A program made the translations under genes and the position numbers. From positions 90,454-154,453 of the forward strand of contig CAVZUW010000002.1 in assembly GCA_963778545.1 (NCBI GenBank): DNA of 64,000 nucleotides. The letters run 5' to 3'. Of the stretch, positions 1 to 9,660 are shown piece by piece. Origin of the DNA: an uncultured Actinomycetes bacterium (lineage in GTDB: Bacteria > Actinomycetota > UBA4738 > HRBIN12). The notes beneath the pieces are model-generated. The model was given only the letters and a program-made list of their open reading frames with translations, searched no databases and was not told the DNA's origin. The stretch's first letter is position 1; every line of letters starts with the position of its first letter.

Positions 1-1059
1 CAGGAAGAACAGCGCGGCGAAGATCGCGACCGGGACGATCACGAGCGGCGAGACCGCGACGCCCGGTACCGACGTGTCGAACAGGTAGAGCCCGCCGAGC
101 ACGAGGCACACGACGCCCGCGATCGCCGGGAGGCCGACGCCGGGGTGCAGCAGCTCGAGCACGAAGAACACGACCGAGGCGACGAGCAGGACCACACCGA
201 TGATCTGGACCGGCAGCATCCCGAGCGCGACCAGCGAGGCGACGAACATCAGGACCCCGAGCGTCCCCACGACCCCGCCGGGGATGAAGAACTCGGCCAC
301 GATGAACGCCAGGCCGAGCCAGAAGAAGACGAAGGCGAGGTTCGGGTCCAGGAGCGAGTGGAAGAAGTTGGCGAAGAAGCCCATCGTGTCCTCGGTCACG
401 GTGGCGCCCGCCACGTCGAGCGTGACGGGTTCGCCCGACACCTGGACCGTCATGCCGTTCACGTCCGCGAGGAGCGTGGGCACGTCCGGGGCGATCAGGT
501 CGATCACCCCCAGCTGCAGCGCCTCCTCGGCCGAGGCGCTCTCGGCGTCTCGGACCGCCGATTCCGCCCAGACGGCGTTCCGCCCGCGAGTCTCGGCGAT
601 GCTCACGATGTATTTCGCCGCGTCGTTCACGGCCTTCTCCGAGGCGACGGCGCCGGACAGCCCGACCGGCTGTGCCGCCCCGACGTTGGTGGCCGGCGCC
701 ATCGCCGCGACGTTCGTCGACAACAGGATGAACGTGCCGGCGGAGGCCGCTCGGGCCCCCGACGGCGAGACGTACCCGATGACCGGGACCTTCGCGTTCA
801 AGATGGCCTGCGTGATCTGCCGCATCGACGAGTCGAGCCCGCCGGGCGTATCGAGCGTCAGCAGCACGGCGGCGGCGCCCGCGTCGGCGGCGTCGGCGAT
901 GCCGCCCTCCACGTGGTCGGCCACGAAGGGATCGACGACGCCGTCGATCCGCAGCTCGACGACCTCGGGGGCGCCGGACTGCGCGAGCGCGCCCTGCGCT
1001 CCGAACGACACGCACGCCGCCGCGAGGGAGGCGAGCACGGCTGCGCGTCGGAGGATCAT
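1..1059 (-). CDS. nfeD: NfeD family membrane-bound serine protease (ClpP class); runs off the window start
   Basis: Manual minus-strand translation: MILRRAAVLASLAAAC signal, then LLTLDTPGGLDSSMRQITQAILNAKVPVIGYVSPSGARAASAGTFI, then TM helices. Absent from the ORF track because it has no stop inside the window. Confidence 0.88.
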   Translation of the reverse strand, partial: MILRRAAVLASLAAACVSFGAQGALAQSGAPEVVELRIDGVVDPFVADHVEGGIADAADAGAAAVLLTLDTPGGLDSSMRQITQAILNAKVPVIGYVSPSGARAASAGTFILLSTNVAAMAPATNVGAAQPVGLSGAVASEKAVNDAAKYIVSIAETRGRNAVWAESAVRDAESASAEEALQLGVIDLIAPDVPTLLADVNGMTVQVSGEPVTLDVAGATVTEDTMGFFANFFHSLLDPNLAFVFFWLGLAFIVAEFFIPGGVVGTLGVLMFVASLVALGMLPVQIIGVVLLVASVVFFVLELLHPGVGLPAIAGVVCLVLGGLYLFDTSVPGVAVSPLVIVPVAIFAALFFL

Positions 1060-1118
1060 CACGTCACCGCCTTCATCATCGCACCGGCGCGAACGGAAGG
1101 CGCGTTACCCTGCTCGGC

Positions 1119-1772
1119 GTGAGGGCCGTCGTCGCGCTGGCGTGCGTCTGGGCGATCGCGTGGTCGGCATCGCCGGCCGCCGGCGGCGAGGGCGACGAGC
1201 CGTTCGCGGGTTCCGTCTCCAGGATCGACCGGGACACGCGGCGGCTCATGGTCGGCTCGTCGTGGCATGCGGGGTGTCCCACGCCGCTCCGGGACCTCCG
1301 CATCGTGCGGGTGACCTACCGAGGGTTCGACGGGGCGCCGCACCGCGGGCGGCTCGCGGTGCACCGACGGTGGGCGGAAGAGATCTTGGCGCTCTTCCGC
1401 CGCCTGTACCGGAGCGGGTTCCCGATACGGCGGGTGCGGCTGGTGGATCGTTTCGACGCGGACGACCACGCGTCGATGCGGCACGACAACACCTCCGCGT
1501 TCAATTGCCGGTACGTCGCGGGGACCACGACCTGGTCCCAGCACGCCTACGGCCGCGCGATCGACATCAACCCGGTCGAGAACCCGTACGTCGTGGGCTC
1601 GCACGTCTCGCCGGGCCGGGGTCGCCGGTACCTCGACCGGACGGACGTCCGGCCGGGGATGATCGTCCCGCACGAGGTCGTCGTCCGGGTCTTCCGGCGG
1701 ATCGGCTGGGGATGGGGAGGGCGCTGGACCTCCGCCAAGGACTACCAGCACTTCTCGGCGAACGGGCGGTGA
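1119..1772 (+). CDS. M15 family D-Ala-D-Ala carboxypeptidase-like metallopeptidase, secreted
   Basis: Signal peptide; DNTSAFNCR, SQHAYGRAIDINP, WGWGGRW and KDYQHF motifs. Confidence 0.9.
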   Translation: MRAVVALACVWAIAWSASPAAGGEGDEPFAGSVSRIDRDTRRLMVGSSWHAGCPTPLRDLRIVRVTYRGFDGAPHRGRLAVHRRWAEEILALFRRLYRSGFPIRRVRLVDRFDADDHASMRHDNTSAFNCRYVAGTTTWSQHAYGRAIDINPVENPYVVGSHVSPGRGRRYLDRTDVRPGMIVPHEVVVRVFRRIGWGWGGRWTSAKDYQHFSANGR

Positions 1773-1810
1773 CGTAGGCCCGACGGGGGACCGGCTCTGG
1801 GCAGCCCGAA

Positions 1811-1836
1811 CGAGCCGAGGCGGACCCGGCGTCGAA
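1811..1836 (+). promoter_or_regulatory. Candidate ECF (SigK-like) promoter CGAGCC-N15-TCGAA
   Basis: Intergenic, upstream of the sigma gene; same geometry recurs at 51823 and 58195. Confidence 0.35.
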
Positions 1837-1918
1837 TGCCACCTCGCATGGCATGATGACGAAGACCCACCGTCAAGCTCGCGGCGGTGCGGCGGGCGTA
1901 TACCTGGAAGGAGTTCGG

Positions 1919-2491
1919 GTGAGCACTCGGCCCGACGGTCCGCTCCTCGCCCGCGAGGAGCAACAACTCGTGGAGGGGCTCCTTGGGGGGAACGAGGACG
2001 CGGTGCGTGCGCTCTACGCGCGGTACGCACGTCCGATCTTCACGCTCGGGCTGCGGCTGCTGGGGAGCGCGGAGGCGGCCGAGGAGTTGACCCAGGACGT
2101 CTTCCTCGCGGCGTGGCGCAAGGCCGCGCGTTTCGACCCCGCTCGAGGGCGCCTGTCGACGTGGCTCATGACGATCGCCCACAACCTCGCCGTCGACCGG
2201 CTGCGCCGGGAGACCGGCGTGACCCGTCCGCACCTGGTCCTGGTCGACGAGGTCCCGGAGCTCGAGTGGGTGGACGAGGAGGAGCCGCTCATCGAACGCG
2301 ACGCGGCGATCCGCGCCCTCGCGTCGCTCTCGGACGCCGAGAAGCGGCTCCTCGCGCGCGCGTACTTCGGCGGCCTCACGGCTCGCGAGATCGCCGAGGC
2401 GGACGGGATACCGCTCGGCACGGTCAAGACGCGCCTGCGGACGGCGCTCATCAAGGTCCGGCGCGCGAACCAGGACAAGGAGCGGCCGTGA
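1919..2491 (+). CDS. ECF RNA polymerase sigma factor (SigK-like)
   Basis: AEELTQDVFLAAWRKAARFDPARG..STWLMTIAHN, EIAEADGIPLGTVKTRLR; AAGGAG before GTG 1919 (alternative start 1853). Confidence 0.9.
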   Translation: MSTRPDGPLLAREEQQLVEGLLGGNEDAVRALYARYARPIFTLGLRLLGSAEAAEELTQDVFLAAWRKAARFDPARGRLSTWLMTIAHNLAVDRLRRETGVTRPHLVLVDEVPELEWVDEEEPLIERDAAIRALASLSDAEKRLLARAYFGGLTAREIAEADGIPLGTVKTRLRTALIKVRRANQDKERP

Positions 2492-3258
2492 CCTGCCTCG
2501 AGGTGCGCGAGCTCCTGCCCGAACACGCGATCGGCGTCCTCGGCGAGCTCGAGCACGAACGCATCCAGCGCCACCTGCAGACGTGCGCCGGGTGTCGCAA
2601 GGAGGCGGGGGACCTCGGGCAGGCGGCCTCGACGCTGGCGTTCGCGCTCGCGCCGGTCCCGGTGCCCGAGGGCCTGGACGACCGGGTCGTCGCGCGGGTC
2701 CGACGCGCGGCGGGGGCACCCGGCACGCGGCGTCGGGCCCGGACGGCGACGGTCGCCCTGGTCGCCGCCGCGCTCGTGTTCGCGAGCCTGGGCTGGGGCG
2801 CCGTGATGGCGGGCCGCGCCGAACGGTTCGCCGACCGGGCCGCGCAGGCCCAACGCGAGCAGGCGGTCGCGATCGAGCACTTCCAGCAGGTGCTCGGCAA
2901 CGTGATCCCGGGGGGGTCCCTGTCCGACAACGAGACGCACATCGGTCAGCTCGCCCCGGTCGCCGCGGGGACGGGCGGCGGGTTCGCCCTGCAGCTGGTG
3001 TCGCCGCGGATCCTGGACTTCGTGATGGTGATCGTGAACGGGCTCGACGACCCGTCGGTGCTGCCGCTGCGCGTGCAGCTCGTGAACGAGCGGGGCAGGG
3101 TCCTGCGTGCCGGCCGCATCGACACGCTCGATGCGAACGGCGGCGCCGAGGTCTACCACCAGTTCCAGACGAAGGGGCTCGGCGGTTTCACCACCGTCAA
3201 CGTGGTGGACCCGGCCGGCCGGCTCGTCCTCACCGGCACGGTCGACCAGGCGGACTAG
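2488..3258 (+). CDS. Membrane-anchored zinc-binding anti-sigma factor (zf-HC2/RskA-like)
   Basis: GTGA overlap with sigma stop; HLQTCAGC (HxxxCxxC), one TM helix, extracytoplasmic domain. Confidence 0.85.
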   Translation: MTCLEVRELLPEHAIGVLGELEHERIQRHLQTCAGCRKEAGDLGQAASTLAFALAPVPVPEGLDDRVVARVRRAAGAPGTRRRARTATVALVAAALVFASLGWGAVMAGRAERFADRAAQAQREQAVAIEHFQQVLGNVIPGGSLSDNETHIGQLAPVAAGTGGGFALQLVSPRILDFVMVIVNGLDDPSVLPLRVQLVNERGRVLRAGRIDTLDANGGAEVYHQFQTKGLGGFTTVNVVDPAGRLVLTGTVDQAD

Positions 3259-3268
3259 CCGCCCGCGG

Positions 3269-4267
3269 TCAGCGGAGCTCGAGCCCCTGGGTGAACGAGC
3301 CCGTGAAGCTCATCTCCACCGGCGCGTCGGACAGGCCCGGGATCCCCTCGAAGCTCATCGAGATGTCGAAGTCCCCGCTGCTCTGCGTCTTCAGCATCTC
3401 GGCGGCCGCGAGGTCGACGTAGCTGGTCTGGGCGAACGTGCCCTGCCCGGCGTAGGCGATCGAGCCCTCACCCAACGCATCGAGCCCGGCCGCGCCCGTC
3501 ACGCCCGTGATCTCGGGGCCGAGCGCGTCGAGGAGCGTGGCCAGGTCCAGGGTCACGTCGATCGGGACGGTCATCTGCGTCTGGATCACGGCTGCCTCGC
3601 GACCGTTGACGGTCTCGTTGCGGACGTACGTGCTCGTCGCCGAGAAATCGATCGTCCCGTCGCCGAACGGGAAGTCCTGCGAGAACTCCTTGTCCCACGT
3701 GTCACCCACCGAGACCGCGTCGCCGTCGTCCGGGAGGATCGGCGTGAGCTGTCCCATGCCCGGGAACCCGAACCCCTGCGTCTCGGCCGCGCCGCCGAGC
3801 GACAGCCCGCCCGCGGAGAGCACCCGGCCGTCGGACGCGATCTGGATCTCGATCGGGGGTGCCGGCGTGGACGGCACCTCGCTCCCGTTCAGCGTCCCGC
3901 TCATGTCCGAGACCGTGACCTCGATCGTGGCGGTCCCGGCGTCGTCCACCGAGACCACCTTCCAGCCGACCACCTGCGAGACGTCCATCGACAGGGGCTC
4001 TTCGCCGAACAGCGGTGAGGAGATCTTCGCGTCCATCGTCTGGTGGACGTCGTAGGTCCGCTCCTCGCCCTGCGTGAACGACAACGCCAGCGGCTGCGCC
4101 TCCGCCGTGTCGCTGCGGGTGATCGCGAACGCGGCAAGGCCGGCCACGATGATCAGCACGACGGCGATCGCCGCGGCGACCACGCCTCGGCGGCGCTTCG
4201 GCGGCTCGGGTTCGGGTTCGGTCGGCGGAGCGGGCAGCGGGACCTGCGGGGGAGCGGCCTGGCTCAT
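3269..4267 (-). CDS. Membrane-anchored exported beta-rich protein (DUF6263-like)
   Basis: Pro-rich N-terminus, one TM helix, LPDDGDAVSVGDTW motif, GGAA/AGGA-rich SD region. Confidence 0.65.
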   Translation of the reverse strand: MSQAAPPQVPLPAPPTEPEPEPPKRRRGVVAAAIAVVLIIVAGLAAFAITRSDTAEAQPLALSFTQGEERTYDVHQTMDAKISSPLFGEEPLSMDVSQVVGWKVVSVDDAGTATIEVTVSDMSGTLNGSEVPSTPAPPIEIQIASDGRVLSAGGLSLGGAAETQGFGFPGMGQLTPILPDDGDAVSVGDTWDKEFSQDFPFGDGTIDFSATSTYVRNETVNGREAAVIQTQMTVPIDVTLDLATLLDALGPEITGVTGAAGLDALGEGSIAYAGQGTFAQTSYVDLAAAEMLKTQSSGDFDISMSFEGIPGLSDAPVEMSFTGSFTQGLELR

Positions 4268-4322
4268 CGGGGGTTCCTTCCTGCGCGGGAGATGGTGCCT
4301 CATCCTCCCACACGGGAGCGGT

Positions 4323-5345
4323 TCACTCGGCGAGCGCCGTCGCCAGGAACGCGAGCGACCGAGGGTAACGGTAGCCGATCGACATGTGCCCGGCGTCGAA
4401 GAGCTCGAGCGTGTGCTCGACCCCGAGCGCCTCGAGCTCCTTGGAGACCGCGACCGCGCCGTTGTCCAGGAACCACTCGTCGTGGATGCCGCCGTCCACC
4501 CAGATCGCGCGCATCGAGCGCAGCTCGTCCGCGTGCGTCGGGATCATCCTGACGGGGTCCTTGTCCAGCCATCGCTGCCACACGTCGTCGATCAGCCTGC
4601 CCGTGGTGACGTCGAACGGGAGGTGGACGGTTCCGTCGTCGTCCGCCGAGTAGCAGGCGGCCATGCACCAGCTGTTGAGGAGCACGCCGTCCTCCTGCTT
4701 CGTCATGGCCGGCCGCGACCGGAAGTCCTCCCAGAAGCGCTCGTACGAGCCCTCGTACGTGTCGCGGAGCGTCCGAACCGTCTCGCGGAACTCGGGGAGG
4801 TAGCAGGCCTCGAACAGGGCATCGCCGGCGTGCGACGCCAGGGCCGAGAACACGTCGGGCCGCAGCATCGGCGTCACCAGCGCGCCGTAGCCGCCGCTCG
4901 ACTTGCCCTGGATGCCCCGGTGGTCGCGGTCGGCGATCGTCCGATACCGGGCGTCCACGAACTCCACCACCTCGTCGCACAGGAAGTCCTGGTAGCGCCC
5001 GGTCGCGGGCGAGTTGAGGAACTGGCTGCCGCCGATCGAGGTCCAGCAGTCGACGAACGCGACCAGCGTCGGCGGCGCCTCGCCCGACGCGAACAACGCG
5101 TCGACGTTCTCGGGGTAGCTGGGGCGGAACGCCTCCCGGTTCCGCCACATGTCGAGCTGGCCGGTCAGACCCTGGATCACGTACACGCACGGGAACCGGC
5201 GATCGGGGTCGTCGTCGTACCCGGGCGGCACGTAGACCCAGAGCGGCCGGACGTTCGGGTCGCCCAGCGCGTTGCCCCGCAGGACCTCGCTCTCGATCTG
5301 CAGCTCGTCGATCCTGCCGGTGAACTCGCGGCTCCACGGTTCCAC
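4323..5345 (-). CDS. Alpha/beta-hydrolase esterase (enterochelin esterase-like)
   Basis: VYVPPGYD, GKSSGGYG nucleophile elbow, C-terminal FDAGH. Confidence 0.88.
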   Translation of the reverse strand: MEPWSREFTGRIDELQIESEVLRGNALGDPNVRPLWVYVPPGYDDDPDRRFPCVYVIQGLTGQLDMWRNREAFRPSYPENVDALFASGEAPPTLVAFVDCWTSIGGSQFLNSPATGRYQDFLCDEVVEFVDARYRTIADRDHRGIQGKSSGGYGALVTPMLRPDVFSALASHAGDALFEACYLPEFRETVRTLRDTYEGSYERFWEDFRSRPAMTKQEDGVLLNSWCMAACYSADDDGTVHLPFDVTTGRLIDDVWQRWLDKDPVRMIPTHADELRSMRAIWVDGGIHDEWFLDNGAVAVSKELEALGVEHTLELFDAGHMSIGYRYPRSLAFLATALAE

Positions 5346-5402
5346 GTCTCGGCTCCTTCGGTCGGGTGTGCGAGCAACGGAACCCTCCTATCATGGCCGC
5401 AC

Positions 5403-6752
5403 ATGCCCGAGGTGTCCGACGTCGTCGGGATCGGCCTCGCGGGCGGGCAGGGGATGCGCGCCCGTCCGCTGACGCTGAAGGCTCCCGGGTACCTGCGTTC
5501 GAAGGCGGCGATGTCGTTCCTGGGTCGCCGACTGATCCGCTGGGTGATGACGATCCTGTCGAGCGAGGGCATCAAGGACTACTACGTCATCGCGCACGGG
5601 AAGGAGAACCGCTACCAGATCAAGGTGATGATCGGGTACGGGGAAGGGTTCGGCGTCGACGTCAAGTACTCGCCGGTCAAGTACGACGCGTTGTCGACCG
5701 GCAGCGCCGACTCGGCGCTGCGGCTGATGGAGTACTGGGACATCTCGCAACCCGCGCTCGTGTTCCCGACCGACTCCGTGATCGACTTCGACCTCGCGCC
5801 GATGGTGCAGACGCACGTCGGGCGCGGCGCGGTGGCCACGATCGCGGCGATGACGCGGGAGCCGGACGAGGTTGCGGAGAAGTACGGCGTCATGCTCACC
5901 GACGGCGACGGGCGGGTCACCGAGTTCGTCGAGAAGCCCACGCTGGGCGAGCTGCGAGAGCACTTCCACGCGGAGACCGAGGACGACTTCCGGCAGCTGC
6001 CGCTGATGACCAACGCCGGGTTCTACCTGCTGGACACCGAGGTGATCCGGGGCTTGATCGGCAACGCGGAGATCGAACGGCTCCGCCGGACGCGGCTCGA
6101 CTTCGGCAAGGACCTGTTGCCCTGGCTCGTCGGCCACGGCTACCCGGTGTACGCGTTCCCGGTGCGCCGGATCGGCGATCTGGGGAACGTGCGGGACTTC
6201 CTCGAGACGATGATCGACGTGCTCCGGGGGGAGTTCAAGGCGGTGGACCGGCTCCTGGGGCCGCCGTTCGACGCCGAGCGCAACGTCTGGATCGCGCCGG
6301 AATCGCTCGCGATGCGCGACTCGACCAGCGGCACGACGCTGGCCGAGAAGATCTCGGAGGGTGCCGTGCAGATCGGTCCGGCGGTTCGGATCGGCAGGTT
6401 CTGCGAGATCCACCCCGGCGTCCGGATCCGCGAGTCGAACCTCGACGACGACATCGAGGTGCAGCGAGACGCGTCGATCGAGCGTTCGCAGATCCGCGAC
6501 GGCGCGGTGATCGGTCCGTCCGCCCGCCTGTTCGAGGCGGTCGTCGGCTCGATGTCGGAGGTCCGGTCCGAGCCCTTCAACCCCACGTCGATCGAGCGCT
6601 TCGTGGCGCTCGGCGACGAGGTCATCGTCTATCCCGGGGTGCATCTGGCGGACGAGGTGGCCGTCTACCCGCGGCTGCGGCTCCCGTTCGGGATCAGCGT
6701 CCCCGCCGGCACCGAGCTCGCCGGGCCCGCGGACGTGCTCAACCACCTCTAG
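5403..6752 (+). CDS. NDP-sugar pyrophosphorylase family protein with C-terminal beta-helix
   Basis: LAGGQGMRARPLT..SKA, GSAD, FVEKP, NAGFY, DFGKDLLP; hexapeptide-like C-terminus. Confidence 0.85.
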   Translation: MPEVSDVVGIGLAGGQGMRARPLTLKAPGYLRSKAAMSFLGRRLIRWVMTILSSEGIKDYYVIAHGKENRYQIKVMIGYGEGFGVDVKYSPVKYDALSTGSADSALRLMEYWDISQPALVFPTDSVIDFDLAPMVQTHVGRGAVATIAAMTREPDEVAEKYGVMLTDGDGRVTEFVEKPTLGELREHFHAETEDDFRQLPLMTNAGFYLLDTEVIRGLIGNAEIERLRRTRLDFGKDLLPWLVGHGYPVYAFPVRRIGDLGNVRDFLETMIDVLRGEFKAVDRLLGPPFDAERNVWIAPESLAMRDSTSGTTLAEKISEGAVQIGPAVRIGRFCEIHPGVRIRESNLDDDIEVQRDASIERSQIRDGAVIGPSARLFEAVVGSMSEVRSEPFNPTSIERFVALGDEVIVYPGVHLADEVAVYPRLRLPFGISVPAGTELAGPADVLNHL

Positions 6753-6770
6753 CGGTGCGGGCCTGACCGG

Positions 6771-7778
6771 ATGCGGATCGGCCTGGCGCTCCCGCACTAC
6801 GACTTCTCGATCCCCGGGGTGTCGCCGATCCGGTTCGAGGCGCTCGCCGAGGTGGCGGTGCGCGCCGAGCGGCTCGGGTTCGACAGCGTGTGGATGTCCG
6901 ATCACCTGTTCGCGACGCTCGGCCGCTACGGAGGCGGCGACGAGCGGTACGGGTCGCTCGAACCCCTCTCGACGCTCGCGGCGCTCGCGCCGCTGACGGA
7001 GCGGGTCCGGCTCGGAACGCTCGTGCTCTCGACGGCGTTCCGTCACCCCGCGATCGTCGCGAAGACCGTCACGGCGATCGACCGACTGTCGAACGGGCGC
7101 GTCGAGCTCGGGCTCGGCGCCGGCTGGTTCGCCGACGAGTACGAGGCGTTCGGCTACGGGTTCGGGTCGGTCGGGGAGCGGTTCTCGCTGCTCGAGGAGA
7201 CCATGGGGTACCTCGACGCGTTGTTCGGGGACGAGCCGGCGTCGTTCGAGGGGCGTCGGTTCGCGTTGCGCGAGGCCTACAACCATCCGCGGCCGGTGCA
7301 GGAGCCGCGGCCCCCGCTGCTCGTCGGCGGCAAGGGCGGCCCTCGGCTGCTGCGGCTCGCGGCGCGGTTCGCCGACGGCTGGAACACGGTCTGGCGGTGG
7401 ACGCCCGAGGCGTACGCGGAGCGTGCGGCCGCCGCCCGCGAGGCCTGCGAGCGCGTGGGCCGCGACCCCGCGACGCTCCGGCTCTCGCTCGGCCTGTTCA
7501 CGGTCCTCGGCGAGGACGAGGCGGACCTGGTCCGTCGCTACGCGCTGATGCGCGACCGCCTGCCGGCAGGCGTCGTCGACGCGGCGCCGCTCGAGGAGCT
7601 GCGGCGCGACGGGCTGGTCGGCACGCCCGACGACGTGCTCGAACGGCTCGAACGGTTCGCCGCGCTCGGGGTGCGCGAGCTGATCGTCGGGCCCGCGCCG
7701 GTCTGGTTCGCGCTACCCGACCCCTCGATGCTCGATCTGCTCGCCGAACGCGTCCTGCCGGCCGCGAAGGAACTCTGA
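6771..7778 (+). CDS. LLM class flavin/F420-dependent oxidoreductase
   Basis: AERLGFDSVWMSDH, TERVRLGTLV, SNGRVELGLGAGW, ADGWN. Confidence 0.9.
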   Translation: MRIGLALPHYDFSIPGVSPIRFEALAEVAVRAERLGFDSVWMSDHLFATLGRYGGGDERYGSLEPLSTLAALAPLTERVRLGTLVLSTAFRHPAIVAKTVTAIDRLSNGRVELGLGAGWFADEYEAFGYGFGSVGERFSLLEETMGYLDALFGDEPASFEGRRFALREAYNHPRPVQEPRPPLLVGGKGGPRLLRLAARFADGWNTVWRWTPEAYAERAAAAREACERVGRDPATLRLSLGLFTVLGEDEADLVRRYALMRDRLPAGVVDAAPLEELRRDGLVGTPDDVLERLERFAALGVRELIVGPAPVWFALPDPSMLDLLAERVLPAAKEL

Positions 7779-7999
7779 TGGAGCCGCTCGAGGCGGCGGT
7801 CGCGGTGCTCAAGGAACAGGAGCAGCCCCTGCACTGGACGAAGATCCAGGACCTGGCGCTCCGCCGCGGCTACCTCGACCCGTTCGAGATCGCCGACGTG
7901 CGCAAGGCGCTCCTCGCCGCGCTCGCCGACGGCGTACGATCGGGCGTGCTCGAGAAGCGGGGGACCGGCGTGTACGCGGCGGCCTCGCCCGACCGATGA
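7778..7999 (+). CDS. Stand-alone winged HTH (HARE-HTH-like) protein, 73 aa
   Basis: MEPLEAAVAVLKEQEQPLHWTKIQDLALRRGYL...GTGVY; TGATG and ATGA overlaps with both neighbours. Confidence 0.7.
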   Translation: MEPLEAAVAVLKEQEQPLHWTKIQDLALRRGYLDPFEIADVRKALLAALADGVRSGVLEKRGTGVYAAASPDR

Positions 8000-8586
8000 G
8001 CTCGACGACGCTCGCGCTCGCCGCGTCTCCACCGCGCGTCCGATCGCGCGTTGCGTGGCGCGTCCTGCTCGCGTTCGCCGGGAGCTGGATGGTCGCCGCG
8101 CTCGCCCAGATCGAGATCCGTCTGCCCTTCACCCCCGTGCCGATCACCGGCCAGACGCTCGGCGTCCTGCTCGTCGGCGCATCGCTCGGGGCCGGGTTCG
8201 GTGCCGTGTCGATGGCGCTGTACCTGCTGCAGGGTGCCCTCGGGTTGCCGTTCTTCTCCGGCGGCGGCTCGGGGACGGACTTCCTGACGTTGTCCTCGGT
8301 CACCGGCGGGTACCTCTGGGGGTTCGTACTGTCGGCCGCCGTGGTCGGGGCGCTCGCGGGTCGGAAATGGGACCGGTCGGTCCGCAGCTCGATCAGCGAG
8401 ATGTTCCTCGGCGAGTTGGTCCTGTACGCGGTCGCGATCCCGTGGCTGATGCAGGCGCTCGACGTCTCGCTGGGGGAGGCGCTCGAGGTCGGGCTCGCGC
8501 CGTTCGTCGTCGGGGACACGCTCAAGCTGCTCGCCGCGGCCGGGCTCCTGCCGCTCGCGTGGCGGATCGTGCGCAGGAAGACCTGA
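7996..8586 (+). CDS. bioY: Biotin transporter BioY
   Basis: LPFTPVPITGQTLGVLL, GLPFFSGG, TGGYLWGF, PFVVGDTLK. Confidence 0.92.
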   Translation: MSSTTLALAASPPRVRSRVAWRVLLAFAGSWMVAALAQIEIRLPFTPVPITGQTLGVLLVGASLGAGFGAVSMALYLLQGALGLPFFSGGGSGTDFLTLSSVTGGYLWGFVLSAAVVGALAGRKWDRSVRSSISEMFLGELVLYAVAIPWLMQALDVSLGEALEVGLAPFVVGDTLKLLAAAGLLPLAWRIVRRKT

Positions 8587-8606
8587 CGAACGGGGCGGCC
8601 GGTCGA

Positions 8607-9599
8607 TCAGCGCCGGTAGGCGATCCGCGAGAACCGTTCGAGCTTCTCGAACCGGTGCTCGGCCTCGATCAACCGGACCGTTCCGGAACGGCTGCGCATG
8701 ACCATCGAGAACGTCGTCGCGCCGTCGGGCCAGTACTTCACGCCGCCCAGCAGCGAACCGTCGGTGACCCCGGTGGCCGCGAAGAACACGTCCTGCCCGG
8801 CGACGAGGTCGTCGGTGGTGAGGACGCGTTCGATGTCGTAGCCCGCGTCGAGCAGCTGTTGGCGTTCGCCTTCGTCGCGCGGGAACAGGCGGCCCTGCAT
8901 CGCGCCGCCGAGGCATTTCAGCGCCGCTGCGGCGACGACGCCCTCGGGCGTCCCGCCGATCCCCAGCAGGAGGTCGAGCCCCGAGGTGCGGGTGGTGGCG
9001 GCCGCGATCGCGCCGGCGACGTCCCCGTCGGTGATCAGGTGGACGCGCGCGCCGACCTCGCGGACGCGCGCGATCATGTCGGCGTGGCGGTCGCGGTCCA
9101 AGATCACGACGCCGATCTCTTCGGGTTTGATGCCCTTGGCCTTGGCGACCAGGCGAACGTTCTCCTCGGGCGACGCGGTGATGTCGATCGCGTCCGCCGC
9201 CTCCGGACCGGTCGCGACCTTCTCCATGTAGACGGCCGCGCCGGGGAAGAACATCGAGCCGCGTTCGGCGAGCGCGATCACCGAGAGCGCGTTCGGCTGT
9301 CCCAGGGCGGTCAGGCGGGTCCCGTCGATCGGGTCGACGGCGACGTCGCACGCGGGGCCCTCCCCGGTCCCGACGGACTCGCCGTTGTAGAGCATCGGGG
9401 CCTCGTCCTTCTCGCCCTCGCCGATCACGACGACGCCGTCCATCGAAACCGTGTCGATCATCAGGCGCATCGCGTCCACGGCGGCCTGATCGGCCGCCAG
9501 CTTGTCGCCCCGGCCCACCCACCGGCCCGCGGCGAGCGCGGCGGCCTCGGTGACCCGGACGAGCTCCAGCGCGATGTTGCGGTCCGGACGCTCCTCCAT
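8607..9599 (-). CDS. glpX: Fructose-1,6-bisphosphatase class II
   Basis: [51 protein letters not shown]. Confidence 0.96.
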   Translation of the reverse strand: MEERPDRNIALELVRVTEAAALAAGRWVGRGDKLAADQAAVDAMRLMIDTVSMDGVVVIGEGEKDEAPMLYNGESVGTGEGPACDVAVDPIDGTRLTALGQPNALSVIALAERGSMFFPGAAVYMEKVATGPEAADAIDITASPEENVRLVAKAKGIKPEEIGVVILDRDRHADMIARVREVGARVHLITDGDVAGAIAAATTRTSGLDLLLGIGGTPEGVVAAAALKCLGGAMQGRLFPRDEGERQQLLDAGYDIERVLTTDDLVAGQDVFFAATGVTDGSLLGGVKYWPDGATTFSMVMRSRSGTVRLIEAEHRFEKLERFSRIAYRR

Positions 9600-9660
9600 C
9601 GCTCGATCCTCTCGATCCGTGCGGTCTTCGTTCCGGTGCTCCGAGGGCCTGGTGGCCATC

